From Aliivibrio fischeri ES114 (GTDB lineage Bacteria > Pseudomonadota > Gammaproteobacteria > Enterobacterales > Vibrionaceae), in NCBI RefSeq assembly GCF_000011805.1, contig NC_006840.2: a DNA stretch of 32,000 nucleotides; one strand, given 5' to 3'. The notes under the pieces were generated by a model that did not search any database, was not told where the DNA came from, and saw only the letters and a program-made list of their open reading frames with translations. Below are positions 1-11,326 of this stretch, piece after piece; positions within the stretch are counted from its first letter, which is position 1; the number at the start of each line of letters is the position of its first letter. The position numbers and the translations under genes were made by a program.

Positions 1-1
1 T

Positions 2-3000
2 GAGACTAATACTTTTAATGCAACAACTATTGCTATGGCTGATTATGATATGGAAAGCCTTAGTGAAGAGATTAACTTTGAAGCAGCAAAGCTTGCTCGT
101 GAAGTTGCAGATAAATGGACCGAGAAGACACCAAATAAGCCTCGTTATGTCGCAGGAGTGCTTGGACCAACAAACCGAACTTGTTCTATTTCTCCAGATG
201 TAAATGATCCAGGCTTTCGTAATGTATCGTTTGATGAATTAGTGGAAGCTTATTCAGAGTCAACTCGAGCACTTATTAGAGGTGGCTCAGATCTTATTCT
301 TATCGAAACTATTTTTGATACATTAAATGCTAAAGCGTGTTCTTTTGCTGTCGAGTCTGTTTTTGAAGAGCTTGATATTACTCTGCCCGTTATGATTTCA
401 GGGACAATTACTGACGCATCAGGAAGAACCTTATCGGGACAAACAACAGAAGCTTTTTATAATGCATTAAGACATGTAAAACCTATTTCTTTTGGTCTTA
501 ATTGTGCGCTTGGTCCTGATGAATTACGTGAATATGTAAGCGATCTTTCACGTATTTCTGAATGTTATGTTTCTGCTCACCCAAACGCTGGTTTACCTAA
601 TGCATTTGGTGAGTATGATTTATCCCCTGAAGATATGGCTGAGCATGTTGCGGAATGGGCAAGTAGCGGATTTTTAAATCTCATTGGTGGATGTTGTGGC
701 ACCACTCCTGAACATATTCGTCAAATGGCTTTAGTTGTTGAAGGTGTGAAACCTCGACAATTACCTGAATTACCCGTCGCTTGTCGTCTTTCCGGATTAG
801 AGCCTTTAACAATAGAAAAAGATTCTTTGTTTATTAATGTTGGTGAACGTACAAATGTTACTGGATCTGCTCGTTTTAAACGCTTAATTAAAGAAGAGCT
901 TTATGATGAAGCACTAAGTGTTGCTCAAGAGCAAGTTGAAAACGGTGCTCAAATTATCGATATCAACATGGATGAAGGCATGCTTGATGCTGAAGCATGT
1001 ATGGTTCGTTTTTTAAATCTTTGTGCATCAGAGCCTGAAATATCTAAAGTTCCAGTGATGGTTGATTCTTCTAAATGGGAAGTAATTGAAGCTGGATTAA
1101 AGTGTATTCAAGGTAAGGGGATAGTTAATTCAATCTCTTTAAAGGAAGGCAAAGAAAAGTTTGTACATCAAGCCAAGTTAATACGTCGCTATGGTGCTGC
1201 AGTGATCGTTATGGCTTTTGATGAAGTCGGCCAAGCGGACACTCGTGAGCGTAAAATTGAAATTTGTACCAATGCCTACAATATTTTAGTTGATGAAGTT
1301 GGTTTCCCACCTGAAGATATTATTTTTGATCCTAATATTTTTGCGGTTGCTACAGGTATCGATGAGCATAATAACTATGCAGTAGACTTTATTGAAGCTG
1401 TTGGTGATATAAAGCGAACTCTTCCTCATGCAATGATTTCAGGTGGTGTTTCTAACGTCTCTTTTTCTTTCCGTGGAAATAACTACGTTCGTGAAGCTAT
1501 CCATGCCGTATTTTTATATCACTGTTTTAAAAATGGTATGGATATGGGTATCGTAAATGCAGGACAGTTGGAAATATACGATAACGTACCAGAAGATTTG
1601 CGTGAAGCGGTTGAAGATGTAGTTCTGAATCGTAGAGATGATTCTACGGAACGTTTACTTGATATTGCAACTGAGTATTTAGAACGAGCTGTTGGTAAAG
1701 TTGAAGATAAATCAGCTTTAGAGTGGCGTGATTGGCCTGTTGAAAAACGTCTTGAACATTCTCTAGTGAAGGGGATAACAGAGTTTATTGTCGAAGATAC
1801 AGAAGAAGCTCGAATCAATGCAGAAAAACCAATAGAAGTAATTGAAGGGCCATTGATGGACGGAATGAACGTCGTCGGTGATCTTTTTGGTGAAGGAAAA
1901 ATGTTCCTTCCTCAAGTAGTAAAGTCTGCTCGTGTAATGAAACAAGCAGTTGCTCATTTAGAACCGTTTATTAATGCGTCCAAAGAAGTTGGAGCAACAA
2001 ATGGAAAAATACTTTTAGCAACGGTAAAAGGGGATGTTCATGATATTGGTAAGAATATCGTTGGCGTTGTTTTACAGTGTAATAATTATGAGATAATTGA
2101 TCTTGGTGTCATGGTCTCTTGTGAAACTATCTTAAAAGTAGCCAAAGAAGAAAATGTAGACATCATTGGTTTATCTGGATTGATAACACCATCATTAGAT
2201 GAAATGGTCCATGTTGCTAAAGAGATGGAACGACAAGGGTTCGATTTACCACTATTGATTGGTGGGGCAACAACTTCAAAAGCACATACAGCGGTAAAAA
2301 TTGAACAAAACTATTCTCAACCTGTTGTGTATGTCAACAATGCTTCTCGAGCTGTAGGTGTCTGTACGTCACTACTTTCCGATGAACTAAAACCTTCTTT
2401 CGTTGAGAAGCTAGATATTGATTACGAACGAGTTAGAGAGCAGCATAGTCGTAAACAACCGCGAACTAAGCCTGTGACTTTAGAGGTTGCTCGAGCGAAT
2501 AAAGTTGCTATTGACTGGGCTTCTTATACACCTCCTGTCCCACTGAAGCCTGGTGTACATATATTTGATAATTTTGATGTTTCAACATTGCGTAATTATA
2601 TTGATTGGACCCCATTTTTTATGACTTGGTCTCTTGTTGGGAAATACCCAAAGATCTTAGATCATGAAGAAGTAGGTGAAGAAGCCAAACGATTATTTAA
2701 AGATGCAAATGATCTATTAGATCGAGTTGAAAAAGAAGGGTTACTTAAAGCCCGTGGAATGTGTGCGCTATTTCCAGCTTCTAGTGTTGGTGATGATATT
2801 GAAGTTTATACTGATGAATCACGCACTAAAGTTGCAAAAGTACTTCACAATTTGCGACAACAAACGGAGAAACCGAAAGGTTTTAACTACTGTTTATCTG
2901 ATTATATAGCCCCCAAAGAATCGGGTAAAAATGATTGGATCGGTGGTTTTGCTGTAACTGGTGGTATTGGTGAGCGTGAACTAGCCGATGAATATAAAGC

Positions 3001-3439
3001 AAATGGTGATGATTATAACGCTATCATGATTCAAGCGGTGGCTGATCGTCTAGCTGAAGCCTTTGCTGAATATTTACATGAAAAAGTACGTAAAGAAATT
3101 TGGGGTTACTCTCCTAATGAGACACTTTCAAATGACGATTTAATCCGTGAGAAATACCAAGGTATTCGTCCTGCTCCTGGTTACCCAGCTTGTCCTGAAC
3201 ATACAGAAAAAGGGGCTTTATGGGAGCTAATGAATGTTGAAGAATCTATTGGAATGTCTTTAACATCAAGCTATGCAATGTGGCCCGGTGCATCTGTGTC
3301 AGGAATGTATTTTTCACATCCGGATTCTCGTTATTTTGCGATTGCTCAGATTCAGCAAGATCAAGCCGAAAGCTATGCCGATCGTAAAGGTTGGAATATG
3401 CTTGAAGCTGAGAAGTGGTTAGGTCCAAATTTGAATTAA
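2..3439 (+). CDS. metH: Cobalamin-dependent methionine synthase MetH, 5'-truncated by the window edge (roughly 90 aa missing)
   Basis: The frame is open from base 2 ([20 protein letters not shown]...). Motifs seen: Hcy-domain [12 protein letters not shown]12-binding GDVHDIGKN (DxHxxG), and AdoMet-activation domain [12 protein letters not shown]. Colinear with E. coli MetH as I remember it. Confidence 0.97.
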   Translation, partial: ETNTFNATTIAMADYDMESLSEEINFEAAKLAREVADKWTEKTPNKPRYVAGVLGPTNRTCSISPDVNDPGFRNVSFDELVEAYSESTRALIRGGSDLILIETIFDTLNAKACSFAVESVFEELDITLPVMISGTITDASGRTLSGQTTEAFYNALRHVKPISFGLNCALGPDELREYVSDLSRISECYVSAHPNAGLPNAFGEYDLSPEDMAEHVAEWASSGFLNLIGGCCGTTPEHIRQMALVVEGVKPRQLPELPVACRLSGLEPLTIEKDSLFINVGERTNVTGSARFKRLIKEELYDEALSVAQEQVENGAQIIDINMDEGMLDAEACMVRFLNLCASEPEISKVPVMVDSSKWEVIEAGLKCIQGKGIVNSISLKEGKEKFVHQAKLIRRYGAAVIVMAFDEVGQADTRERKIEICTNAYNILVDEVGFPPEDIIFDPNIFAVATGIDEHNNYAVDFIEAVGDIKRTLPHAMISGGVSNVSFSFRGNNYVREAIHAVFLYHCFKNGMDMGIVNAGQLEIYDNVPEDLREAVEDVVLNRRDDSTERLLDIATEYLERAVGKVEDKSALEWRDWPVEKRLEHSLVKGITEFIVEDTEEARINAEKPIEVIEGPLMDGMNVVGDLFGEGKMFLPQVVKSARVMKQAVAHLEPFINASKEVGATNGKILLATVKGDVHDIGKNIVGVVLQCNNYEIIDLGVMVSCETILKVAKEENVDIIGLSGLITPSLDEMVHVAKEMERQGFDLPLLIGGATTSKAHTAVKIEQNYSQPVVYVNNASRAVGVCTSLLSDELKPSFVEKLDIDYERVREQHSRKQPRTKPVTLEVARANKVAIDWASYTPPVPLKPGVHIFDNFDVSTLRNYIDWTPFFMTWSLVGKYPKILDHEEVGEEAKRLFKDANDLLDRVEKEGLLKARGMCALFPASSVGDDIEVYTDESRTKVAKVLHNLRQQTEKPKGFNYCLSDYIAPKESGKNDWIGGFAVTGGIGERELADEYKANGDDYNAIMIQAVADRLAEAFAEYLHEKVRKEIWGYSPNETLSNDDLIREKYQGIRPAPGYPACPEHTEKGALWELMNVEESIGMSLTSSYAMWPGASVSGMYFSHPDSRYFAIAQIQQDQAESYADRKGWNMLEAEKWLGPNLN

Positions 3440-3461
3440 TAGTGAATTGACCTTTTAAACT

Positions 3462-3493
3462 AAAAATGCCCATTAAATGTAATGGGCATTTTT
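3462..3493. terminator. Bidirectional rho-independent terminator shared by convergent metH and lysC
   Basis: Perfect 9-bp stem atgcccatt (3466-3474) / aatgggcat (3481-3489) with a 6-nt loop. It is flanked by an A-run upstream and a T-run downstream. Confidence 0.85.
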
Positions 3494-3504
3494 GTATGTA
3501 TCAC

Positions 3505-4857
3505 TTATTGTTCAAAAAGTTCTTTGTGCAAGATTTTAACGGCTTGTTTAGATTCAGACTCATGAAGTAAGAAACATAAGTTATGTTGACTAGCACCATA
3601 ACAAATCATACGTAAATTAAACTCCTCTAAAGTACCAAACACTTGTTTTGCTGAGCCTTTTGAATGACTCATTTTGTTACCTATTAATGCGATTAAACAA
3701 AGATTATGTTCAACTTCAACAGTACATAATTCTTCTAATTCTTGTTGTGCTTCAAGTGGAAGCTCTGGAGCTTTACCATTGGTGTTTGTTTGATCTAAAG
3801 TAAGAGCAACGCTTACTTCTGAAGTTGTAATTAAATCTACAGAAATTTGGTATTTAGCTAAAATCTTGAAAACTTCAGCTAAGAAGCCATATGCATGGAA
3901 CATACTTGGGCTATGCAGTGTTACCATTGTTTGGTTACAACGAAGGGTTAGCGCCCTAAATAAAGGAGTACTATCAACTTTTTCTTTAATCCAAGTCCCT
4001 CCTTTTTCTGGTTCTTTTGATGAGCCAACAAAAACAGGAATTTGATGACGAAGCGCAGGGAGAAGTGTTGATGGGTGTAAGATCTTTGCACCGTAATTTG
4101 CCATTTCAGAGGCTTCGCTAAAGCTAATTTCTGGAATCGGTGACGCTTTGGGAGCAATGCGAGGATCCGTGGTATAAATCCCTGGTACATCTGTCCAGAT
4201 TTCTAATCCGCATGCATCTACAGACTCAGCAATCAGTGCTGCACTATAATCACTGCCACCACGACCCAAAGTTGTTGTATTTCCTTCGCTATCAGAACCA
4301 ATAAACCCTTGAGTCACCACAATCTGTTGTTGACAAAGAGGAGTCAGTTTTTTTTGAGCTAAACGAGATATATCATTAAGTTGTGGTTCACCTTTTCCAA
4401 AACGAGAATCAGTGCGCAAAACAGTGCGAATATCAAAACGTACTGCAGGGTTTCCTCGCTCAATGAGTAATTGAGTGAATAAGTGAGTAGACATGAGCTC
4501 ACCACAAGAGACTAGATGATCGGTTAATTTATCATTTGATTGAGATGCTGCCGTTTCTGCTGTTTTTTCAATATCATCCAATATATCTAATATAGCTTGC
4601 TCTGGAATAAGTGGATCTGCGAGCTGATCTAACACAGAAAAATGAATGGTTTTTAATCCTTCAAGAATTGCTTTTTTTCTGTGATTATCTTGAACGCCAT
4701 TAGCAAGCTCAACAAGAAGATTAGTCACGCCAGAGCAGGCGCTAATCACTACAAGGTGAGTATTTGGATTTTGTTCAATGACACTTGCACTTTTCGTCAT
4801 TGCCTCGAAATTTGCAACGCTAGTACCGCCAAATTTGGCAACATTAATAGGGTTCAC
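3505..4857 (-). CDS. lysC: Lysine-sensitive aspartokinase III
   Basis: 450 aa with a GTG start. N-terminus MNPINVAKFGGTSVANFEAM carries the KFGGTSV aspartokinase signature, and the C-terminal region is ACT-like. It is preceded by a lysine riboswitch. Confidence 0.95.
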   Translation of the reverse strand: MNPINVAKFGGTSVANFEAMTKSASVIEQNPNTHLVVISACSGVTNLLVELANGVQDNHRKKAILEGLKTIHFSVLDQLADPLIPEQAILDILDDIEKTAETAASQSNDKLTDHLVSCGELMSTHLFTQLLIERGNPAVRFDIRTVLRTDSRFGKGEPQLNDISRLAQKKLTPLCQQQIVVTQGFIGSDSEGNTTTLGRGGSDYSAALIAESVDACGLEIWTDVPGIYTTDPRIAPKASPIPEISFSEASEMANYGAKILHPSTLLPALRHQIPVFVGSSKEPEKGGTWIKEKVDSTPLFRALTLRCNQTMVTLHSPSMFHAYGFLAEVFKILAKYQISVDLITTSEVSVALTLDQTNTNGKAPELPLEAQQELEELCTVEVEHNLCLIALIGNKMSHSKGSAKQVFGTLEEFNLRMICYGASQHNLCFLLHESESKQAVKILHKELFEQ

Positions 4858-4924
4858 TATCCTGTCTCCCGACTACATCCAGTGTAAAAATAAATGTGAA
4901 GAAGCGATAGCAATAAGAGTGGTT

Positions 4925-5092
4925 TGCTAGAAGCTCTTCACTTAATAAATTAAGTGACAATCGTTAGGATTCAGCCTAAACGACCGACAATCCTACTCCC
5001 AATAGGATCATCTCGGCATTACTCTCCCTCACTTATTTGTGTAGGAGTTTGGGCTCCACAAATTAAGCTACCTAGGTAATGCTCCTCTTCTT
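4925..5092 (-). promoter_or_regulatory. Lysine riboswitch (L-box / LYS element) in the lysC leader
   Basis: The minus strand reads GAAGAGGAGC...GTGAGGGAGAGTAATGCCGAGATG...GATTGTCGGTCG...GATTGTCAC. These match the conserved L-box blocks AGAGGNGC, GGGAG..GCCGA(A/G), TG(C/T)GG(C/T)CG and TGTCA, in the right order and spacing. The position upstream of lysC is as in E. coli and B. subtilis. Confidence 0.75.
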
Positions 5093-5308
5093 TATATTTC
5101 AAAAATGAAATACGTTTCAATAATGTGCTTTTTTATGAATCAAATGTCAATTGTTGGTAATGTTTTTTTTACTTTTCTTTTGTTTTAAGTGAAAAGTACC
5201 TTTATAGGGCTATTTTTCGTAATTAAGTCACTCTAATCAAATAGTCTAATTGAGTTTAATTTTTCTTATGTCTATTCTTTAATCACCTCATATTGATAGG
5301 AGTTTATA

Positions 5309-6421
5309 ATGCAAAGTTTTATACCACCGAAAAGAACCCTTATGGGACCTGGTCCTTCTGACATTTCTCCTCAAGTTTTACAAGCATTAAGCCGTCCCAC
5401 TATCGGTCACCTTGATCCATTATTTATTAAAATGATGGATGAAGTTAAAGAGCTACTCAAGTACGCATTTCAAACTAAAAATGACTTTACTATTGCAGTT
5501 TCAGCCCCAGGTAGTGCAGGGATGGAAACATGCTTTGTGAATTTAGTTGAAGAAGGCGAGAAAGTACTCGTATGTCGTAATGGTGTATTTGGTGAACGAA
5601 TGCGACAAAATGTAGAACGCTGTGGTGGTATTCCTATTATTATCGATGATAAATGGGGTGAACCTGTTTCATTAGATAAAGTCGCGCAAGCATTGGAAGA
5701 AAACCCTGATATTAGCGTTGTTGCTTTTGTGCATGCGGAAACATCTACTGGAGTTCTTAGTGATGCAAAAGCGATTGCACAAATTGCGAGACAATATAAT
5801 TGTTTAACCATTGTGGATGCAGTGACTTCGTTAGGTGGTGTACCTTTGTTAGTTGATGAATGGCAGTTAGATGCGGTTTATTCTGGTTCTCAAAAATGCT
5901 TATCTTGTACTCCTGGATTATCTCCTGTTACTTTTTCTGATAAAGCAGTTGCTAAAATGAAATCGAGATCCTCGGTAGTACAAAGTTGGTTTTTAGATCA
6001 AAGTTTGGTTCTTGGGTATTGGAGTGGAGAAGGAAAGCGCAGTTATCACCATACTGCACCAGTAAATAGTTTATATGCTTTGCATGAATCACTGTTAATG
6101 CTTAAACATGAAGGAATTGAGCAGGCGTGGCAGCGTCATGCTGATTATCACCAAGAGTTAAAACAAGGCCTTGAAGCGTTAGGGATTAAGTTTATTGTTG
6201 ATGAAGAATATCGTTTACCACAATTGAATGCCGTATATATACCTGTAGGTATTTCTGATACTCAAGTTAGAGAGCAGTTGCTAGAGGAATATAATTTAGA
6301 GATCGGTGCTGGTTTAGGTGAACTTGCTGGTAAGGCATGGCGTATCGGTCTTATGGGATACGCAGCAAAAAAAGAGAATGTCGCATTGTGCTTAAAAGCA
6401 TTATCTGATGTTTTAAAGTAA
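5309..6421 (+). CDS. Class V (AGXT / serine-pyruvate type) PLP-dependent aminotransferase
   Basis: 370 aa. N-terminus LMGPGPSDISPQVLQAL, PLP-lysine context YSGSQKCLS. Good SD (TAGGAG) 7 nt upstream of the ATG. Same position as the class V aminotransferase VC0392 in V. cholerae (from memory). Confidence 0.85.
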   Translation: MQSFIPPKRTLMGPGPSDISPQVLQALSRPTIGHLDPLFIKMMDEVKELLKYAFQTKNDFTIAVSAPGSAGMETCFVNLVEEGEKVLVCRNGVFGERMRQNVERCGGIPIIIDDKWGEPVSLDKVAQALEENPDISVVAFVHAETSTGVLSDAKAIAQIARQYNCLTIVDAVTSLGGVPLLVDEWQLDAVYSGSQKCLSCTPGLSPVTFSDKAVAKMKSRSSVVQSWFLDQSLVLGYWSGEGKRSYHHTAPVNSLYALHESLLMLKHEGIEQAWQRHADYHQELKQGLEALGIKFIVDEEYRLPQLNAVYIPVGISDTQVREQLLEEYNLEIGAGLGELAGKAWRIGLMGYAAKKENVALCLKALSDVLK

Positions 6422-6433
6422 ATATTAAATAAA

Positions 6434-6457
6434 ACAGCCACTAAATCCCGTGGCTGT
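6434..6457. terminator. Hairpin terminator between the convergent aminotransferase and pglL-like genes
   Basis: 8-bp stem acagccac / gtggctgt with an 8-nt loop. On the minus strand it is followed by TTTTATTT (strong). The T-tract on the plus strand is weaker. Confidence 0.7.
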
Positions 6458-6472
6458 TTATGCTAATAGTTT

Positions 6473-8233
6473 TTAGTTAGTCATCTGTAATTTCTTATCG
6501 AGTTGTACGGATTCAAATTTACTTTTTGGAAAGAGGAATATGGCTTCTCTTCTTATATCTTCCGCTCTTTTTTCATCTCCCAACGCTTGATAAGCAATGA
6601 TTAAGTTTTGATAAAAAGCAGGTCTTGGTTTGGTTTTTATTAATTCTTGTGACCACTCAATATAGGGTTTAATTAGTTCTGGTTTCTTATTAATAATACC
6701 GATTTTTAATTGTGTCGAAAGTACGTCCCAATTGAATCTATCCTCCCACACAACAGGGTTGGTTACTCGACTTAAAATGTCTGGATTCATTGGTTTTGTG
6801 GTTTCAAATTGAGTTAATACCCAGTTTGTATGTAGTGTTGATAGCATATAAAAACCAGTCACAATAGGTAGCACTAATGAACTGACACGTAGGGTGATTT
6901 TACTGATATCACTGATTCGATATTTTTTGTATTTACAGCTTAATTGGTCAATCCAAAATAAGAGAATAATAAAAGTAAACCAATGAATCATTGAATGATA
7001 AAAAGGGTACTCTAACTGACTATGAATAAAAATGGGGGCAATTAAAGCAAGTAGAGCAAATTGAGTATCCAGTTTGCTTCGTCGTATTTTGGCTAAGACA
7101 CCGCCAGCGGCAAGTAATAAACCTAAAATAGCGACAATACCACCTTCAACTCCCCAGTATAGAATTTCGTTATGAGGGTGATCCATTGACGGTTCACCTG
7201 CTCTATAGTCAGAAGATAATTGATGCTGTTTCGCTGTATAAAGAATGTATTCAGCTTCGAAATTACCATAACCATAACCTGTGACGGGTTTTTCTAAAAA
7301 CATATCCAGAGCTTGAGGAAAAATATATTCTCTTGCGCTCTCTAAATCGGCTTTTTTACTAATAAGTGTTACGTTTGATATATCATCATTTTTGGATAAA
7401 TCGAGTAGAGCAAAGCTCCCACTAAAACCAACTACTAGCGCTAGCAACCAAGAAATAAAACGTGGTTTAGTACAGTATTTCCACATATAAGGAACAAGCA
7501 GAACTAAACTAAAAGTCGCAGATAACCAACCAGTACGAGAAGCTAAAACAACAATTAAAGGTAGAGTGAATATGATTGTTGCGTAGAGTAAGGTTAATGC
7601 AATGATATTTTCTCGATACTTTATCGGTTGTCTTGCAAGGAAATAAGAGGCAATGGCCAAACCGGTTACGAGAAAGCTTGCCATAACATTGGGTTGTTGG
7701 AAAATACCATAAGGGCGATTTACTATTACGTTATAACCAAATGAATTCCCGGTTTCTAAAAACAGATATTGAATATAGCCAAATAGAGTTTCAATAAGAA
7801 CTGAACCAATGATGCACCATAACAGCCATTGCTTCTGCTTATTTGAAAATGAAAATTGTTGTAGAGTAATAAAAAAGAGTAATCCAGCCCATAGGCCTAA
7901 AAACTTTCCGGTAGCAAGATGTGGGGATGCCTCTTGATAAAGTAACGGAATTGATAATAAACATACCGAGATGAATAGTACGATGCTTAATGTCGAAAAT
8001 TTAAGTATGCCTTGCTTTGCTATATGAAAAAGAGCAATAGCAATAGCGATACTTGCAGGGATCCAAGAAGCGGCATTAAATGCAAGGTGAAGGCCAGAAC
8101 CGCCAGGATTTGGCTGAAAAAAGTGGGCACAAAAAAAGAAAAGAATGGTAAGGCTGAGTAAAAAAGATTTGGTTAGAGGCTTTTTGATTTTTTTTGCTTC
8201 TAATAGGGTGCCTTGAGTTAAGAGCGTAGCCAT
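6473..8233 (-). CDS. pglL: PglL/WaaL-family (Wzy_C) polytopic membrane protein, probably an O-oligosaccharyltransferase
   Basis: 586 aa with many hydrophobic helices. O-antigen-ligase loop motif MDHPHNEILYWGVEGGIVAILGLLL. Soluble C-terminal tail of about 130 aa that looks TPR-like (NLIIAYQALGDEKRAEDIRREA). It sits next to uvrA like V. cholerae VC0393 (PglL_Vc). Confidence 0.6.
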   Translation of the reverse strand: MATLLTQGTLLEAKKIKKPLTKSFLLSLTILFFFCAHFFQPNPGGSGLHLAFNAASWIPASIAIAIALFHIAKQGILKFSTLSIVLFISVCLLSIPLLYQEASPHLATGKFLGLWAGLLFFITLQQFSFSNKQKQWLLWCIIGSVLIETLFGYIQYLFLETGNSFGYNVIVNRPYGIFQQPNVMASFLVTGLAIASYFLARQPIKYRENIIALTLLYATIIFTLPLIVVLASRTGWLSATFSLVLLVPYMWKYCTKPRFISWLLALVVGFSGSFALLDLSKNDDISNVTLISKKADLESAREYIFPQALDMFLEKPVTGYGYGNFEAEYILYTAKQHQLSSDYRAGEPSMDHPHNEILYWGVEGGIVAILGLLLAAGGVLAKIRRSKLDTQFALLALIAPIFIHSQLEYPFYHSMIHWFTFIILLFWIDQLSCKYKKYRISDISKITLRVSSLVLPIVTGFYMLSTLHTNWVLTQFETTKPMNPDILSRVTNPVVWEDRFNWDVLSTQLKIGIINKKPELIKPYIEWSQELIKTKPRPAFYQNLIIAYQALGDEKRAEDIRREAIFLFPKSKFESVQLDKKLQMTN

Positions 8234-8251
8234 TTTCCAACTATTTCCTTA

Positions 8252-8282
8252 TATAATAAAGCCAACAAAAATGTTGGCCTTA
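8252..8282 (-). terminator. Putative uvrA terminator
   Basis: Stem gccaaca (8261-8267) / tgttggc (8272-8278) with an aaaa loop. On the minus strand it is followed by TTTATTATAT, 48 nt downstream of the uvrA stop. Confidence 0.55.
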
Positions 8283-8329
8283 TTCTATCTTATCCATAGA
8301 TGAAAGTGCGGACTTTCTGCTGAGTTACG

Positions 8330-11155
8330 TTATTTTAGCATCGGTTTTAAGAAGCGTGCCGTATGAGAGCCTTCAACTTGTGCAACATCTTCAGGTGTGC
8401 CTTCTGCTATGATCTCACCGCCGCCTTGACCGCCTTCTGGACCTAAATCAACAATCCAGTCAGCTGTTTTCACTACATCCAAGTTATGCTCAATTACGAC
8501 AATTGTATTGCCTCGTTCACGCAGACGATGAAGAACCGTTAATAATTGTTGTATATCATGAAAGTGAAGACCTGTTGTTGGTTCATCAAGGATATACAGT
8601 GTTTTACCTGTATCTCGTTTTGAGAGTTCTCTTGCTAGTTTTACACGTTGAGCCTCACCACCCGAAAGAGTGGTGGCTGCCTGACCTAAGCGAATATAAG
8701 AGAGTCCAACATCCATTAAAGTTTGTAGCTTACGAGCAATAACAGGAACTGGCTCAAAGAAGGTATGAGCATCTTCAATGGTCATTTGAAGGACTTCATC
8801 AATACTTTTTCCTTTGTATTTTACTTCTAATGTCTCGCGGTTATATCGCTTACCTGAACAAACATCACATGGAACATAAACGTCTGGCAAGAAGTGCATT
8901 TCTACTTTGATAACACCATCACCCTGACATGCTTCACAACGTCCACCTCGAACGTTAAAGCTAAATCGGCCAGGTTTATAACCACGAGAGCGTGATTCTG
9001 GTGTTCCAGAGAAAAGCTCACGTATCGGTGTGAAAATACCAGTATAAGTTGCTGGATTTGAACGAGGTGTTCGACCTATTGGGCTTTGATCAATATCGAT
9101 AACTTTATCAAAATGTTCGATACCTTTAATTTTTTTATACGGAGCTGGCTCTGATGTGGTGGCTCCGTTCAATTGAGTATGAGCAATTTTAAAGAAAGTA
9201 TCATTGATTAAGGTTGATTTACCTGAACCTGAAACCCCCGTGATACATGTAAACAATCCTACAGGCAGCTTTAATGTCACGTTCTTTAAGTTGTTTCCTG
9301 TGGCTCCAATAAGTTCTACTTGTTTCTTCGGATCAGCTTTAACACGCTCATTTGGTACCGCTATTTCTTTTGTTCCATTTAAATATTGGCCAGTTAATGA
9401 TTCTGGGTTTGAAATGATGGCCTCATAATCACCTTCGGCAACAATATGACCACCATGAACACCAGCTCCTGGTCCAATATCAATGATATGATCGGCACTG
9501 CGAATAGCATCTTCATCATGCTCTACTACGATAACCGTATTCCCTAAGTCTCGGAGATGATTTAGCGTCTTTAATAGGCGTTCATTATCTCGTTGATGGA
9601 GACCAATAGATGGCTCATCAAGAACATACATTACACCAACTAGGCCGGCTCCGATTTGACTGGCTAAACGAATACGTTGGGCTTCACCACCGGATAAGGT
9701 ATCGGCACTGCGTGATAAATTGAGATAACTAAGGCCAACATTAATCAAAAAGTGAAGGCGTTCGTTAATCTCTTTCATTACTTTATCGGCAATTTGTGCT
9801 TTTTGCCCTTGTAACGTTAATGAACTAAAGAAAGCCATTGAGTCTTGAATACTCATTTCGCAGATTTCAGGCAATGTGGTATCACCCACAAACACATTTC
9901 TCGCTTCTAAACGTAAGCGTGTACCGTGGCAACTTGAACAAGATTGAGTTGAAATATATTTGGATAGATCATCTCGAACAGCACTTGATTCCGTTTCTTT
10001 ATAGCGACGATCTAGGGTGTTTAATATTCCTTCGAATGGGTGACGTTTGACTCGTAGATCACCACGATCATTACTGTATTGAAATTCAATTTCCTCATTA
10101 CCTGAGCCGTTAAGAATAATGTTTTGGAATTTCTTTGAAATGGATTTAAATGGTGCGAATAAATCAAAACCATAATGTTTAGCAAGTGAACCTAGCATTT
10201 GGAAATAGTAATAATTTTTTTGATCCCAACCTTTAATAGCACCTTCTGCGATACTTAGCTTATCGTCTAAAACGACTCTGTCGGCATCAAAATATTGTTG
10301 TACGCCTAAGCCATCACAAGTGCCACAGGCCCCAGCTGGATTATTAAAAGAGAACAGACGAGGCTCAAGTTCTTGCATGCTATAACCACAATGTGGGCAG
10401 GCAAAGTTCGCAGAGAAGATTAAAGGATCGTGTTCGCTGTCATCCATATAATCGATAACCGCAATACCGCCTGTTAATTCCAAAGCAGTTTCAAATGATT
10501 CTGCGAGGCGTTGTTGAAGATCATCTCTGACCTTAAAGCGATCAACGACAACTTCAATAGTATGTTTTTTATGTAATTCTAATGTCGGTGGATCAGAAAG
10601 ATCGCAAACTTCACCATCAATACGTGCACGAATAAACCCTTGCGCAGCTAGGTTTTCAAGGGTTTTAACATGCTCACCTTTGCGTTCTTTAACAATAGGA
10701 GCTAATAGCATCAGCTTTGTGCCTTCTGGTAGCTCTAATGCTTTGTCTACCATTTGGCTGATAGTCTGTGCAGTTAACTCAACATGGTGCTCAGGGCAGC
10801 GAGGTTCACCAATACGAGCATAAAGAAGACGTAAATAATCGTAAATCTCGGTAATAGTTCCAACCGTTGATCTAGGGTTATGAGAGGTGGACTTTTGTTC
10901 TATTGAAATGGCAGGAGAGAGACCTTCAATGTGGTCTACATCTGGTTTTTCCATTAGAGATAAAAATTGACGAGCGTATGCTGATAAAGATTCAACATAA
11001 CGTCGTTGGCCTTCAGCATATAAGGTATCAAAGGCTAAAGAAGACTTACCTGAACCTGAAAGTCCTGTAATTACAATCAACTTATCTCTTGGGATAGTTA
11101 AGCTGATGTCTTTTAGGTTATGGGTTCTGGCCCCTCTAACTTCAATTTTATCCAT
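8330..11155 (-). CDS. uvrA: Excinuclease ABC subunit A
   Basis: Canonical N-terminus [19 protein letters not shown], which begins at the 16th codon of the ORF, so the track start at 11200 is probably an extension. Two ABC modules ([10 protein letters not shown] and [10 protein letters not shown]; LSGGEAQR twice). Zn fingers CPHCGYS...CGTCDGLG and CEACQGDG. Confidence 0.97.
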   Translation of the reverse strand: MDKIEVRGARTHNLKDISLTIPRDKLIVITGLSGSGKSSLAFDTLYAEGQRRYVESLSAYARQFLSLMEKPDVDHIEGLSPAISIEQKSTSHNPRSTVGTITEIYDYLRLLYARIGEPRCPEHHVELTAQTISQMVDKALELPEGTKLMLLAPIVKERKGEHVKTLENLAAQGFIRARIDGEVCDLSDPPTLELHKKHTIEVVVDRFKVRDDLQQRLAESFETALELTGGIAVIDYMDDSEHDPLIFSANFACPHCGYSMQELEPRLFSFNNPAGACGTCDGLGVQQYFDADRVVLDDKLSIAEGAIKGWDQKNYYYFQMLGSLAKHYGFDLFAPFKSISKKFQNIILNGSGNEEIEFQYSNDRGDLRVKRHPFEGILNTLDRRYKETESSAVRDDLSKYISTQSCSSCHGTRLRLEARNVFVGDTTLPEICEMSIQDSMAFFSSLTLQGQKAQIADKVMKEINERLHFLINVGLSYLNLSRSADTLSGGEAQRIRLASQIGAGLVGVMYVLDEPSIGLHQRDNERLLKTLNHLRDLGNTVIVVEHDEDAIRSADHIIDIGPGAGVHGGHIVAEGDYEAIISNPESLTGQYLNGTKEIAVPNERVKADPKKQVELIGATGNNLKNVTLKLPVGLFTCITGVSGSGKSTLINDTFFKIAHTQLNGATTSEPAPYKKIKGIEHFDKVIDIDQSPIGRTPRSNPATYTGIFTPIRELFSGTPESRSRGYKPGRFSFNVRGGRCEACQGDGVIKVEMHFLPDVYVPCDVCSGKRYNRETLEVKYKGKSIDEVLQMTIEDAHTFFEPVPVIARKLQTLMDVGLSYIRLGQAATTLSGGEAQRVKLARELSKRDTGKTLYILDEPTTGLHFHDIQQLLTVLHRLRERGNTIVVIEHNLDVVKTADWIVDLGPEGGQGGGEIIAEGTPEDVAQVEGSHTARFLKPMLK

Positions 11156-11225
11156 GGGAGTCTCACTGCAATAAAAATAACTAAGGGTTAAGTATTGCAC
11201 AGAGTAAGAAAACAGAAAAGCATTT

Positions 11226-11245
11226 TACTGGATAAAAAAACAGTG
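11226..11245. promoter_or_regulatory. LexA (SOS) box upstream of uvrA
   Basis: TACTGGATAAAAAAACAGTG is CTG-N10-CAG with the TACTG/CAGT flanks of the gammaproteobacterial consensus. It lies 71-90 nt upstream of the uvrA ATG. Confidence 0.7.
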
Positions 11246-11269
11246 TAGTGATGGTGGGATTAGAGAGGT

Positions 11270-11304
11270 AAAACAAAACGCCCCATGTCTAAACATAGGG
11301 CGTT
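11270..11304 (-). terminator. galU rho-independent terminator
   Basis: 11-bp stem with one mismatch (aacgccccatg / catagggcgtt) and a 6-nt loop. On the minus strand it is followed by TTTTGTTTT, 23 nt after the galU stop. Confidence 0.8.
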
Positions 11305-11326
11305 ATTATTTATTTAAGTGTTAGGG

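Noticed and set aside
5121-5150. A possible lysC promoter on the minus strand: TTGACA at 5150-5145 with CATTAT/ACATTA as -10 candidates.
   Set aside because: The -35 is perfect, but the best -10 candidates are weak and need a 19-nt spacer. That is not strong enough to annotate without TSS data.
11156-11200. N-terminal extensions in the ORF track for uvrA (11200), ssb (24449), mshI (28038), mshK (30134) and the priming transferase (24190).
   Set aside because: Canonical N-termini or signal peptides begin at internal start codons with better SD or spacing (11155, 24488, 28101, 30197, 24175). The extensions overlap upstream genes or regulatory sites.
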